This document shows, in pieces, positions 27,652 to 40,932 of a stretch of DNA of 64,000 bases. The DNA comes from Octopus vulgaris (lineage: Eukaryota): the NCBI GenBank assembly GCA_951406725.2, contig OX597831.1, forward strand, positions 79,608,001 to 79,672,000, written 5' to 3'. The translations under genes and the position numbers were made by a program. Within the stretch, counting starts at the first letter, position 1. The number at the start of each line of letters is the position of its first letter. The notes below the pieces were generated by a model. The model did not search any database. It was given only the letters and a program-made list of their open reading frames with translations, and had not been told where the DNA came from.

Positions 27652-28215
27652 TTCGGCTGCGAACTGGCAGAACATTTAGCACACCGGACCAAATGCTTAA
27701 CAGTATTTCGTCTGTCTCTACGTTCCGAGTTCAAATTCCGCCGATATCGACTTAGCCTTTCATCTTTTTGGAATTGATGAAATAAAAGGTGGCATGCTGG
27801 CAGAAAGGTTAGCGCACCAGGCAAAATGCTTAATGGTATTTTGTCTTTATGTTTAAGGCGGCGAGCTGGCAGAAAGGTTAGCGCACCAGGCAAAATGCTT
27901 GATGGTATTTTGTCTTTATGTTTAAGGCGGCGAGCTGGCAGAAAGGTTAGCACGCCAGGCGAAATGCTTAGCGGTATTTCGTCTGCCGCTACGCCCGGGG
28001 TCGATCAAATAAGTACTAGTTACGCACTGGAGTCGATATAATCGACTTAATCTGTTTGTCTGTCCTTGTTTGTCCTCTCTGTGTTTAGTCCCTTGTGGGT
28101 AGTAAAGAAATAGGAATTGATGAAATAAATACCAGTTAAGCACTGGGGTCCATGTAATCGACTAGTCCCCATCCTGCAAAAGTTTAAGCCTCGTACCTAT
28201 AACTGAAAGGATTAA
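27652..28215 (+). mobile_element. SINE family B containing a nested family B copy with a triplicated 69-bp head
   Basis: TSD GGAATTGATGAAATAAA at 27770-27786 and 28113-28129. Head units start at 27786, 27855 and 27924. Confidence 0.82.
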
Positions 28216-28259
28216 TATTAAGATGTGTATCTGAGTCAACGCAATATGTGCGCATGTAC

Positions 28260-28316
<57 letters not shown>

Positions 28317-28321
28317 GCTGT

Positions 28322-28637
28322 GTCGTAGGTCCGTGGTTTCAATTCCCAGACCGGGCGTTGCCTGTGTTTATTGAGCGAAAGCACTTAAAGCTCCATGAGG
28401 CTCTGGCAGGTGGGGTGGCGAACCCTACTGTACTCTTTCACCACCACTTTCTCTCACTCTTTCTTCCTGTTTCTGTTGCACCTGTATTTCAAAGGGAGCC
28501 AGCCTTGTCACATTCTGTGTCACGCTGAATCTCCCCGAGAACTACGTTAAGAGTACATATGTCTGTGGAGTGCTCAGCCACTTGCACGTAAATTTCACGA
28601 GCAGGATGTTCCGTTGATCGGATCAACTGGAACCCTC
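28322..28637 (+). mobile_element. SINE family C, 5'-truncated
   Basis: Co-linear with 25859-26225. Confidence 0.85.
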
Positions 28638-28667
28638 ATAGGAAAAAAAATATATATAGTACCGTAG

Positions 28668-28718
<51 letters not shown>

Positions 28719-28827
28719 TATAGATATATAGTTAATCCAAGCATGAAAGCACAAAAAAACACAACAACGCGAGGACGTCGAACAAATATAGATTATTGGA
28801 CGCTCAGGAAAGAAGGAAAGAAGGAGG

Positions 28828-28862
28828 GTTTAACGTTTCGAGCGGAGCTCTTCGTCGGAAAC
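28828..28862 (-). ncRNA. Minimal type I hammerhead motif (family P5, U4C core)
   Basis: GUUU-CCGACGA-A-GAGC(ucc)GCUC-GAAA-CGU-U^AAAC, within a short repeat at about 28730-28925. Confidence 0.6.
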
Positions 28863-29335
28863 ATAGGAGAAGGAAAGATCCAGAGAAAGGAAGACAGAGG
28901 GGCAAAATCGCCAACGGTACACACGCGGTATACATATATACATATATAATAATGATATTAGGGAGTAAATCCAAACTTACGGGGAAAAATTAGATTTAGG
29001 ATTAAATCAAATTTTACCGTATAAATATAAATGTAAATTAAATTAGAGATAAAACCACCATTAGGCAAATCAAACAGTGAAAACATAAACCAAAACATAA
29101 GAATAAATATAATTAATATAATATACAAATTATATTAAATATAAAATTTAAAATTTAAATAATTTAAATTTAAAATTTTTAATTTATATTTATAAATTTT
29201 TATTTTTATTTTTTATTTTTTTTACTTTTTATTTTTATTTTTATTATTATTTTTTAACTTTTAATTTTTTAATTTTTCAATTTTTTTTAAACTATCAAAA
29301 AGTATTAAAAAGTTTAATATAATATAATGAGTAAG

Positions 29336-29436
29336 ACCACTACGTACGTTTCATGGCCATAACCCAATTCGAATTACAATTAATTTAAATTCAATTAAAA
29401 ATTTGAATTATAATTATAGTCAATCTTCAGGTTAAT
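29336..29436 (-). ncRNA. Type I hammerhead motif with long AU-rich stem II (family P6)
   Basis: AUUAAC-CUGAAGA-[about 70-nt imperfect hairpin]-GAAA-CGUACGU-A^GUGGU. Stem I is degenerate. Confidence 0.55.
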
Positions 29437-29606
29437 GATAATAGTTAAATAAATAAGCAAATATATCTAAACAATATTTTTAAAGAAATAAATAAAATAA
29501 TAATTTTTCATATAAAAAACTATTATCAAATTAGAAACTTTAACGATAAGGATTATGTCATACACACACATATACATATATATATATATATATATATTTA
29601 AGAGGT

Positions 29607-29870
29607 AAAAATGGAACAATAACGCAACAGGCGACAACAAAACATCCACACAGTTGGATGATACAAAAAGGGACATAAAAAAACAAGAACAAGTCATTCA
29701 GAGTTTTGTTTCATCGGTCGAGTTCCAGCCGAAACTACAAATATAATCTGGAACTCAACTGACGAAAGAAAACTCCGAATGGGCTGTCCTTGTTTTTTCA
29801 TGTCCCTTTTTAATATCATCTAACTGTCTGGATGTCTTGTTGTCGCTTGTTGCGTTCCTGTCCCATTTTT
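29607..29870. repeat. Imperfect inverted repeat (about 120-bp arms, 19-nt spacer) between (TA)n tracts
   Basis: CATTCAGAGTTTTGTTTCATCGGTCGAGTTCCAG versus CTGGAACTCAACTGACGAAAGAAAACTCCGAATG, extending outward. Confidence 0.8.
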
Positions 29871-29895
29871 TTGTATTCCGTTATGTTTGTGTATA

Positions 29896-29969
<74 letters not shown>

Positions 29970-30074
29970 CATGTATATGTATAGATGGAGGTATGTTGTA
30001 TTGTTGGTATAGCTGTGGAATAGTATTATAACACATCCTATGATAAATATAATAAATATATATATATATATATG

Positions 30075-30226
30075 TATATGCAGGAGTGGCTCTGTGGTAA
30101 GTAGCTTGCTTCCCATCATATGGTTCCGGGTTCAGTCCCACTGTCTTCCACTATAGCCTCGGGCCGACCAAGGCTTTGTCAGTGGATTTGGTAGACGGAA
30201 ACTGAAAATAGGCCGTCGTATATATG

Positions 30227-30285
<59 letters not shown>

Positions 30286-30480
30286 ATTTGTCCCCCCACC
30301 CCACCACACCATCACTTGACAACCGATGCTAGTGTGTAACTTAGCGGTTCGGCCGAAGAGACCGATAGAATGACTACTAGGATTACAAAGAATAAGTCCT
30401 GAGGTCGATTTGTTCGACTGAAGGTGGTGCTCCAGCATGGCCGCAGTCAAATGACTGACAGAAATAAAAGAGTAAAAACA
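30075..30480 (+). mobile_element. SINE family A
   Basis: Head, internal (TG)n and tail present, with small deletions. Confidence 0.85.
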
Positions 30481-31179
30481 ATATGAGTAAGCCTACTTTT
30501 ATCTTTTAGTTTCAGATTATGTTTTAGTCATGAGACTGCGACTTCTCTGTCTGGTTCGTCTTCTGTCGGTCTATTTTGGCGAACTGCTAGGTGTCGGGGC
30601 CATAAACACACCAACAGTAGTTGTCAAGTGGCGCTGGTGTGGTGGGAGACAGAAAAACACATACTTTATTAATGGTTGAGTTAAAGAGATAAAGACTTGG
30701 TATTTTCTGTTTGAGTTTAGTCACCTAAACATGGAGCACTTCCAAAAGATAGATAACATGTGGCGCTCCCATCTTTTTCGATTTGATGCAAGTCTTTCCA
30801 CTTTTCTCTCGCGTTCTCCATCTTTTTTCACACACACACAAACACATTATCAGTAGCTCTCTCTCTCTCCTTCTCTCTCACTAGTTCTTTCTCTCTCTTC
30901 TACTATCTCTCTATCTCTCTTTCACGTCGTCCACTAATGAAGACAGGAGAAAAAGAGGCAGAGAAAGATAACATAAGAGGAGGAGGAGGGGAAGCCGATG
31001 AGGAGGAAAAGGAAGATGACGACGGTGATGCTGATAAAGATGGCGACGATGGCAAACCACTGCGGAGACGACTATGGTGTTGCTGCTTTTGTTGTTGTTA
31101 GTGCGGGGGGGGGGACGATGAGGATTATAAAATTGGTGGAAGCGGCAACGACGGTGACGGTGGCCACAATAATGATGGC

Positions 31180-31286
31180 GAAGAAGAAGAAGAAGAAGAA
31201 GAAGAAGAAGAAAAGAAGAAGAAGAAGAAGAAGAAGAAGAAAAGAAGAAGAAGAAGAAGAAGAAGAAGAAGAAGAAGAATTTGGAA

Positions 31287-31317
<31 letters not shown>

Positions 31318-31378
31318 AGAAGAAGAAGAAGAAGAAGAAGAAGAAGAAGAAGAAGAAGAATTGGAATAATAATAATAA

Positions 31379-31409
<31 letters not shown>

Positions 31410-31625
31410 AAAAAGAAGAAGAAGAAAAAGAAGAATTGGAAAAAAGAATTGGAAGAAGAAGAAGAAGAAGAAGAAGAAGAAGAAGAAGAATTGGAATAAG
31501 AAGAAAAAGAATTGGAAGAAGAAGAAGAAGAATTGGAATAAGAACAACAAGAAGAACAAGAAGAATGAAGAAGAAAAAGAAGAAGAAGAAGAAGAAGAAG
31601 AAGAAGAAGAAGAAGAAGAAGAATT
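31180..31625. repeat. (GAA)n polypurine tract interrupted by recurring TTGGAA units
   Basis: Direct reading. Confidence 0.95.
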
Positions 31626-32157
31626 GGAAGAGGAGGAGGAAGACGAAAGACGACGGCGACGACGACGACAATAGATGAGCAGTGTGACAAGTCGAAAGAA
31701 TAAAGGCCGACAAATAATGTATTCGTTGTTGGAGGGGAAAGTAGTTTGTTCCCATCTTTAGCCTTCGCCGCCATTTTAATGCCAACCAAAATGGAGGTTA
31801 GATGAGCAAAGCTACAATTATCTTCAATTTATTTACCGTTGCCTGTCAATCGGAAACGATTCCTACACACCCGATCACCACCACCACCACCACCACACCC
31901 AACCAGATCCATCATTCGACCCGTCACCCACGCCCCTGTTTGTTTATCGGTCGTTGGCGTGTAGAACGCTCTGTCTGACGGTGTCGGTCGATCGCCAGTG
32001 CACGCGCTTGTTTGCTTTGTCTGTCTGTTTATTGGTAGGTAGGTCGGTAGGTCGGCAGGTCGGTCCTCGCTCCGTCTCCTATTCTCCCTTTTGCTTTTTC
32101 TAACTATTAATCTGTCTGTGTATATGTCTGTCTGTCTGCCTTCTCTCTCTCTATCTT

Positions 32158-32240
<83 letters not shown>

Positions 32241-32749
32241 TTATATATATATATATGTCTATTTATCTATCTCTCTGTCCATAGTACTGACGGTCTATCT
32301 TCTTACGTATCCATCTATCCATCCATCTATCTATTTATCTCATGCATCATAGCTATTTGCCTATCTATTTATCGATCGTTCGATCGATCGATCTATCTAC
32401 CTATTTTTCTGTCAATCGATCGATCTATGTATTTATCTATCTCTCTAGCCATCTGCTCATCTTTCTACCTATCTGCCCACCTACCTACCTACATTCATAC
32501 ATACATACATACATACATACATACATACATACATACATACATACATACATACATACATACCTATCTCTGTTTATCGCTGTTCCCTCAGTTCTGTTCCTCT
32601 TCCACTCTTATTATAGCTAACTCATACTCTCACTCATTGATCACTGTATTTGTGTATACACACATGCATACTTACATACATACTTTAATACGCACACATA
32701 CACGCTTCGTTACTATGACAATAGTCCGGATACTTATTGATCAGATCTC

Positions 32750-32802
<53 letters not shown>

Positions 32803-33028
32803 CTAGATATTTAGTTATAGACGCAACATATGTATACATATGCACATATATAGATACACATATACACACATACATATATATATACATATATATATATATC
32901 CTTAAAAATCCTTTAAAATGTTTTAGCCCGAAGGCCGCGGCCATGCTGGGGCACCATATATGTACATAGACACACACACACACACACACACACAAAGACA
33001 CACCAAACATACATATATACATACATAT

Positions 33029-33440
33029 AGGCCCAGGAGTGGCTGCGTGGTAATTAGCTTGTTTACAAATCACATGGTTCCAGGTTCAGTCCCACTACGT
33101 AGCAGCTTGGGCAAGTGTCTTCTACTATAGCCTCAAGCCGACCAAAGCCTTGTGAGTGAATTTAGTAGAAGGAAACTGAAAGAAGCCTGTCGTATATACA
33201 TGTTTGTGTGTGGGGGGTGGTATGATTGTGCGTCTGTGTTTGCCCCCCCCCCCCTCAACGCAGCTTGAAAACTGCTGCTGGTGTGTTTACATCCCCGTAA
33301 AGTAGCGGTTCGGTAAAGTAGTCCGATAGAATAAGTACTAGGCTTACAAAGAATAAGTCCTGGGTTCGACTTGCTCGAATAAAGTCGGTGCTCCAACATG
33401 GCCGCAGTCAAAACGACTGTAACAAATAAAAGGATAAAAG
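33029..33440 (+). mobile_element. SINE family A
   Basis: Full head and tail. Confidence 0.88.
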
Positions 33441-33599
33441 AATGCATACATACACACATACAATGATACATATGTACATACATGCATACATACATGCTCA
33501 CAGTTCTAACATGTCTGCTGTGTGGCTGCCCTCTGCAATCTAGGTTGAATCTAGGTTAGAAGCCGTCAAAAGTCCCTGAAAAACAGAACAGTTATGTTG

Positions 33600-33950
33600 A
33601 ATTAATGCTGAACTTGCAGCTCTTGTACTCTGACTATGAATTCTCGTCTGTACCTTTTCACAAAACCTTGAAAAATCTTGGTTTCACGGAGAAATAGCAA
33701 ACTAATCTGGCACGGGTTCTCTGAATCCAATCTATTAATGTCGCAGTGAACAATTGTAAGACATTCCGAAGATTTTCCATCTGAGATTCTTATGTAAATA
33801 GATGTACACACTTGGGTTTTATGCATCAACAGCTCAACCAACAACGCACCAACGGAACAACATAACGCTCATGAGGTTTTACTCGTTATCGAATTTTGGC
33901 GAAAATATCAGTTGATCAATTCATAAATTATTCCAGCTCAACATATTAAC
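33600..33950 (-). pseudogene. Possible highly decayed hAT (ZNF862-like) transposase fragment
   Basis: Minus strand ALCCSVGALL..LLMHKTQV...CLTIVHCDINRLD resembles the hAT SDGA..M.GKxxGV...IHCxAHRLE motif pair at plausible spacing. Confidence 0.35.
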
Positions 33951-34487
33951 AATGTTAACCTGCACTTAGCGACATGCTTTTCAATGCAGAGAACCCCGGT
34001 GAGAAATTTCCCTGTACCATTATCCTAATTTGTCCAATCTTTGAATGTTCTTTAATTACTTATTTCGAGAACTCCGAAGCTATTAAGTGGACTGGGTTTC
34101 ACTAAGAAGGGTCTATTAGGCAGAAACATGTTCTGAATTATTCCTCTAGCTCACAATCATGTTCAACTTTCTCTCCACCCATCACTACTGTGGTATGCTT
34201 TACGTGTTTCAGCCCTTTCACTGCGGCCATACTGGGGCACCTCAGTACTTAGCTTTGTTTCTGTTATTTTTATGTCTGGTACTCATTCTATCGATCGCGT
34301 TTGTGAAACCATTAAGTTAGGGGAACATAAATGAGCCAACAGCGGTAGTCAAGTGATGACGGGATGGGATGGCAAACACAGATGATATATACATATAGGC
34401 ATACATATATATGTGTGTGTGTGTTTGTGTGTGTATGAGGTGTGAGTGTCTATAGATATAGATATGCATATATACGTATATATATAT

Positions 34488-34530
<43 letters not shown>

Positions 34531-34567
34531 TATATACACATATATATACATATATATATATACATAT

Positions 34568-34637
<70 letters not shown>

Positions 34638-34827
34638 GAAATTTATGGAAAAAACAAACAACGAAGACAGGTGTGTGAACAAAAAGCAAGTGTATTAGTT
34701 CGATGCTCGGGAAAAATGAAAAAGTCTTTTGCATTTCGAGCTTACGCTCTTCAACAGAAAGAAATAAGAGAAAATAAACAGAGAGAAAATAAGAAAAAAC
34801 ACTTGTACAGTTCAACGGCCCAGTATG

Positions 34828-34901
<74 letters not shown>

Positions 34902-34904
<3 letters not shown>

Positions 34905-35282
34905 ACAAAAGTATCAGAGGGTACTGTCTAGCAACTATTTTGCTAAAAATAAGAGTTAAAACAACTCCAAAAGCCACAAAAGTACAGAAGTTCATGATTG
35001 ATAAAGGGAGGTAAGTCCCCAGCGTGCATAGTTGGATCGCAATTTCAGATTTTGATGTAGACTATCTTGCGCATGTTTTCAACAATTTTTCTTACAAGAC
35101 TGACAGAAGCAGTTGAGTTTAATCCTAGGCGCTAAGGGTCGCTGATGGGAATTAATATGGTCTACATCAAAATCCGACATCACGATCCGACTATGTACGC
35201 TAGCGACTTAAATCATTAAGTTCAACTATTTTGTAGCTTCTGGATCTGTCTTAACTCTAGTACCCACTATCACTTTTGTGAC
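34902..35282. mobile_element. MITE-like fold-back element with long imperfect inverted arms
   Basis: Ends GTCACAAAAGT / ACTTTTGTGAC. Inner arms 35012-35063 and 35159-35210 are reverse complements. Confidence 0.7.
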
Positions 35283-35352
35283 CTAAATTACTTTTGCCTT
35301 TAGGGTTTAATTGCTAATAAGTCGGCCTTTTAAATTTATATAAATATGTATA

Positions 35353-35757
35353 TACGAGCAAAAGGCCCCCCCCCCCTACCGTCCAATGGACGGTACTGAA
35401 TTGTCAAACATTTTAACCAAATTTTTTCAAAGCAACTTATCCGAACGTCCCATAGGCCTCCCTTTTGAGAAACACTGATTTAACCTAAATTTGAGACACC
35501 GGCAAAAGGAGAAATAACGATAGCCTTTTTTCTATTCCAAGGAAAACGATTTTACAAATGCACGTTCCCACGGTTTTATCGATCGCATTCACACCTGGAA
35601 TCGATTTTTGTAATTTTTTCAAGACTTATACTTGCACTGATAAAGTCGGTATCTACATATCAAATTTGAGCAAAATCGGATGGAGGATGCCCGAGATCCT
35701 AGAAGACACACACACAGACAACGGATACATATATATATATATATATATATATATGAT
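35353..35757 (-). mobile_element. Non-autonomous Helitron-like element
   Basis: Minus strand: TCATATATA..., GT-rich run, CCGATTTTGCTCAAATTTG, ending GCCTTTTGCTCG|T (CTAG variant). Confidence 0.55.
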
Positions 35758-38700
35758 AGTGGTACAACAATGATCCAATATTTACTGGAAATAGCAGTCG
35801 ATAATATACGATGTTATAGTAATGCTTCACTGTGTGTATATATACATATATACTGGCAAAATGTCAGCGGGTGGCGAACATAAAAAAATTTCATTATACC
35901 TGTAAGAAGAACATTAAATACCACAGTATTACACTATTTAATAATTTTATATATGTGTGTGGGTGGGCATGTATGTGTGTGTGTATGTGGGCGTGTGTGT
36001 GTATGTGTGTGTGGGCGTGTGCGTGTGTGTGTGTGTTCTCTTGTTTGTTTCAGTGATTTCTCTGCGCCCATGCTGAAGCAATATATATATATATATATAT
36101 ACATATATGCACAACGGGATTCCACATAGTTTCCGGTTACCTAATTTTCTGTTTAGTCATTTGTCGACTCGGTGTTATATTATAAGGTAATTATAGAAAA
36201 TGCTGCACGGGGGAGCTGAAGCCGAAACCACGTGGTTGAAAGCGAGCTTGTTATCCAGACAGCTATGCCTCTCATTTAGAATGAATGTGTTCTGTGGAAT
36301 GCAGTGACATGCGTTATCTCCCCTGGCTACTTTTGAGAATAATTTTCATGAACTCTAGTAATTAGAATATTTTTAATCAATTAATTTCAAATAAAATAAT
36401 TATGTCTGCATGTGTTTGTGTGTATGAGTGTATGTTCATGTGTGTGTGTGTGTGTGTTCGTATATGTGTATTGATGTGTGCTTGTGTGTGTTTGTGTGTG
36501 TATTGCATGCGTATCTACGTGTGGGTGTGTGTATAGATATGTGTGTATGCGTGTGTTGGCGTGAGTTTGTAAGTATGTATGTATGTGTGCATGAACTTTG
36601 CCCTCAGTCGTTCTTTTTCTTCTTTCTCTCTTTAAATCCATAATTTCCTTATACTGCATCTCTTCTTCTACTCCCCCTCCTCCTTCTCCTCCCCTTCCTT
36701 CTCCCCCCTTCCTCCTCCTCCTTTTGCTTCTCCTCCTTTATCTCTCTGTCTCTCTCTGTACCTATCTTTCTATCTAGCTATCAAATCTGTCTCTCTGTTT
36801 GCCTGTTCGTCTGTCTTTCTATCCATCAATTTATTTATCTATATGTCTGTCCTCTGTCTGTCTATCTATCTATCTATCTATCTTTCCTTTCTCCGTTTCC
36901 TTCCGTTTCCCTACCTCTCTTTCTTTCTCTTCATCTCTCCCTCTCACCCTCTCTCTCTTTCTCTCTTTCTTTCTCTTTCTGCCCTTCTCCCCGTGTTTCT
37001 TTTCTATCTCTCCCTTCCCCTCTCTCACCTTGACCTGTCCCTTACTCCCCTCTCCCTATTTTCCCTCTCCTTCGCTTCTTCCTCTCCTTTCCACCTCTTG
37101 TCTTTCCTTGTCTCTAAATCTCAGTCCATGTCAGCATCCTTCTCCCCCTCTCTCTCTCTTTCTCTTTCACACTCTCCATTCCCCGTGCCCTCCCACACCC
37201 TCTTCCCTCCATCCCACACCCCACAATCCCATCACCAATACCACTACGGCATCAACCACCACGAGCACCACCACCACCACTTCCATCAACATCACTACCG
37301 TCATCATCATCATCATCATCACAACCACCACCAACAACAACCACAATCACCAACATCGCGCCCACCACAACAACCGTCAACCAACACCACCATCACCAAC
37401 ACCACCATCACCCCCACCATCATCATCACCGCAATCAACGCCACTATCACCACTACCGCCACTACTACCACGACCAACACAGACCACCTCATCGTCACCA
37501 CCACTCTCATCCCCACCCCGAACAACCATCACCAACGCCACCACCATAACCACCCCCTCCATCACCAACACCACCAACACCACCATCATCGCAACGACGA
37601 CGAACTCCTCCACCACCGCCGCCACTTCCACCACCATCCCCGATCGATGCTGTTCATTTAGAGCTGTCTGTCTGTTCGTCCCTGCCATTACTATACTAAT
37701 TGCTACAGTCCTGCAACACTGCTTATTAACCAACGAAACTTGCTTGGTGATAGATTCATTCAAGTGCCCCTCCCGTAATTGAGCAGAAAACGCAGACCGG
37801 AAATTTATCAAATATTAATTTGTTGTTGTTGTTGCTGTTGTTGTTGTTACGGTCATGCTTCTTGTTGTTGCTTTTCACGTCGTTCTTACTGACGATGACG
37901 ACGACGACGACGACGACGAAGATGATGATGATGACGATTATGATAATGATGACGATGATGATGAAGATGATGACGATGATGATGATGGTGGTGGTGGTGG
38001 TGGTGGTGGTAGTGGTGGTGGTAATGATGATGATGATGATGACGATGATGATAATGATGATGATGATGACGATGATGATAATGATGATGATGATGACGAT
38101 GATGATAATGTCGATGACGATGATGATGATGGTGGTGGTGGTGGTGGTAGTAATGATGACGATGATGATGATGATAATGTTGATAATGTCGATGATGATG
38201 GTGATGATGACGATGATGATGTTTTATTGTTTTAGTTGTTGCACTCGTTGTTCTTCATGACGGCAATGATGATGATGATGCTTTTGTAGTGGTTGTTTTA
38301 GTTGCTATTGCCGTAACAGTAGTAGTAGTAGTGTACGTTGAAGTCGTTACCGTCGATAGTAATGTAATTGTTGTTGTTAATGTTAGCTTCGTTCTCGATG
38401 TTGTTGTGCTTATAATTGTTCTCGCTCTCGTTCATAATTGATATTGTTGTTGCTGTTCTTGCTAGTCTTGTTGTTGCTGTTCTTGTCAGCATTGCAGTAG
38501 AGTCATAGCAGTGGTGGTGGTGGTGGTGGTGGTGATGGTGGTGGTGGTGGTGGTGGTGGTGGTGGTGGTGGTGGTGGTGGTGGTGGTGGTGGTGGTGGTG
38601 GTGGTGGTGGTGGTGTTGTTGTTGTTGGTGGTGGTGGTGGTGGTGGTTATGGTGGTGGTGGTGGTGGTGGTGGTGGTGGTGGTGGTGGTGGTGGTGGTGG

Positions 38701-39381
38701 GTGGTGGTGGTGGCGGCGGCGGCGGTGGCGGCTGTGGTATTGGAGACAACGGCGATAGTGTCTGTAATAGTAGCTGTGGTGGTGGTGTGGTGGTGATGGT
38801 GATGGTGATGCTGGTGGTGGTGGTGGTGGTGGTGGTGCTTGTTCTGGTGCTGATGGTAGAACTGATGGCAGCGGTGCTCCTAATGGTTAAGGTTTTAAGA
38901 TATTCCTTACATTGTCAAATACCTTACACCCGTGACGATCCCCACTTTTTGTATACTCGGGAGTACATCGGCCATTTTGTCCTTTCTTATTTAAGATGGC
39001 AGGATATGATTTGAGGAAAATTTAGCTCTTGTTTTTAGAAGGTTCAGTGATGGATCATAACAATTTGCCTTATTCGTCAACATTAATCGAAAGGACAAAA
39101 AATTATAGACATTCCAGTCGTGGCCATCACGTCTTTGTTTTAGAAATAATTAGAACTACATTATCTGGTGGGTTCTGTTCCCTTTCTTTTAATTCAAATC
39201 TATTCCATATAATATTGTCGAATATTATCCCTCTATCGCCAACAACAATCGAGACTTTTCCTAGATATATGATAATGATAGAGATATCCTGTTGTGTCTG
39301 GGGAGAGTCATTTTCTTTTTGTGCCTTATGATTTAACACACGCACCGGTAAAATTTTCACTTATTTCTTATTTTTATTCTC

Positions 39382-39418
39382 CTAAAATTTTCGTTGCGTC
39401 TTGCAACCTTTTCAATAG
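39382..39418 (-). ncRNA. Ultra-minimal type I hammerhead motif, U3-A8 variant (family P2, best-preserved copy)
   Basis: CUA-UUGAAAA-G-GUUGC(aagac)GCAAC-GAAA-AUU-U^UAG. Confidence 0.5.
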
Positions 39419-39429
39419 TCTTGACTCAA

Positions 39430-39630
39430 ATTTTGGCCCAAGGAACCATTTTCGGAAGAAGGAGTAAGTCGATTACATTGACCCCAGTACTCCACTGGTA
39501 CCTATTTTATCGACCCAGAAAGGATAAAAGGCAAAGTCGAGTTTGGCTGAATTTGAAATCAGGACGGAAAGACGGACGAAACGCCGCTACGTACTTTGTC
39601 CGGCGTGCTCATGATTCTGCCAGCTCGACA
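39430..39630 (-). mobile_element. SINE family B
   Basis: TTATCGACCCAGAAAGGATAAAAGGCAAAGTCGA...TGCCAGCTCG. Confidence 0.8.
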
Positions 39631-39844
39631 CCCAGAAAGAGATTTTAATTATTAACAGAAAGTATTCCTGCATATAAAGAAATCATATAACCAAATCGTT
39701 TTCTCGTTATCGAACAATTGTTCGAAAATGAAGAGATATATAAGACTCATAGTTATGTATTTCCCCGACAAAAATTTTGGAAAATATTCATAAATATAAA
39801 ATCGGGTCTAACGGAGACGACGGACAGTCGTATGAGTACGCGAG

Positions 39845-40130
39845 TGAAGGTGCGTGGCTTAGTGCCTAGGGCATTCACCTAACGATCGTAAGGTCGTGAG
39901 ATCGATACTTGATGGCGCATTGTACCCTTCAACAAGATATTTTACTTCACGTTGCTCCAGTTCAGTCTGGTTTTTCATATTCTGTGTCGCGCTGAATCTC
40001 CCCGAGAACGACGTTAAGGGTACACATGTCTTTGGAGTACTCAGCCACTTGCATATTAATTTAATGAGCAGGTTCTTCCGTAGATTGTATTAATTAAAGC
40101 CATCGTCGTCGTAACCGACGAAGAGCCAGG
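39845..40130 (+). mobile_element. Degenerate SINE: family D-like head and centre joined to family C tail type 1
   Basis: GCGTGGCTTAGTG...TTCACGTTGCTCCAG followed by GCTGAATCTCCCCGAGAAC...GTAACCGACG. Confidence 0.65.
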
Positions 40131-40531
40131 TGTTACTACTCGATCCTGGCGAAATAGAGAAGAGAGTCAACACGTTTAATGACTTCAACATAAAATTGAC
40201 AAACACCACTGACTTGAATAGAGTTAATTTCCTACGTTTTACTGGAATACTAACAAGATTACACGAGGTACACGCACAAACGCACATGCATTTACACGCA
40301 AACACAGGAACACAAACAAACACACAGAGATATATGTGCATACACACACACACACACGTGTATATATACACACATACACTCACACAATATAACTCTCCTT
40401 TTTGAGAACTTTAAATTTATCGTGCATATGTATGTGTGTGTGTGTGTTGTGTGTGTGTGTGCTTGTGGGTTCGTGCGTGCATGCGTGCATGAGTATGTAT
40501 TAAGTCAAACCAAGAATGTATTATTATTACT

Positions 40532-40566
<35 letters not shown>

Positions 40567-40623
40567 TATCATTGTTATTATTGTTATTGTTATTATTATT
40601 ATTGTTATAATTATTATTATTAC

Positions 40624-40684
<61 letters not shown>

Positions 40685-40705
40685 ATGATAATGATTATTA
40701 CTATA

Positions 40706-40743
<38 letters not shown>

Positions 40744-40871
40744 TATCATCATCTTCATCATCATCATTATCATCATCATTATCATCATCATCATCATCAT
40801 TATTATTATTATTATCATCATCTTCATCATCATCATTATCATCATCATTATCATCATCATCATCATCATCA

Positions 40872-40932
<61 letters not shown>

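Noticed and set aside
27786-27990. CRISPR-like array
   Set aside because: Contiguous 69-bp tandem SINE heads with no unique spacers, in eukaryotic context.
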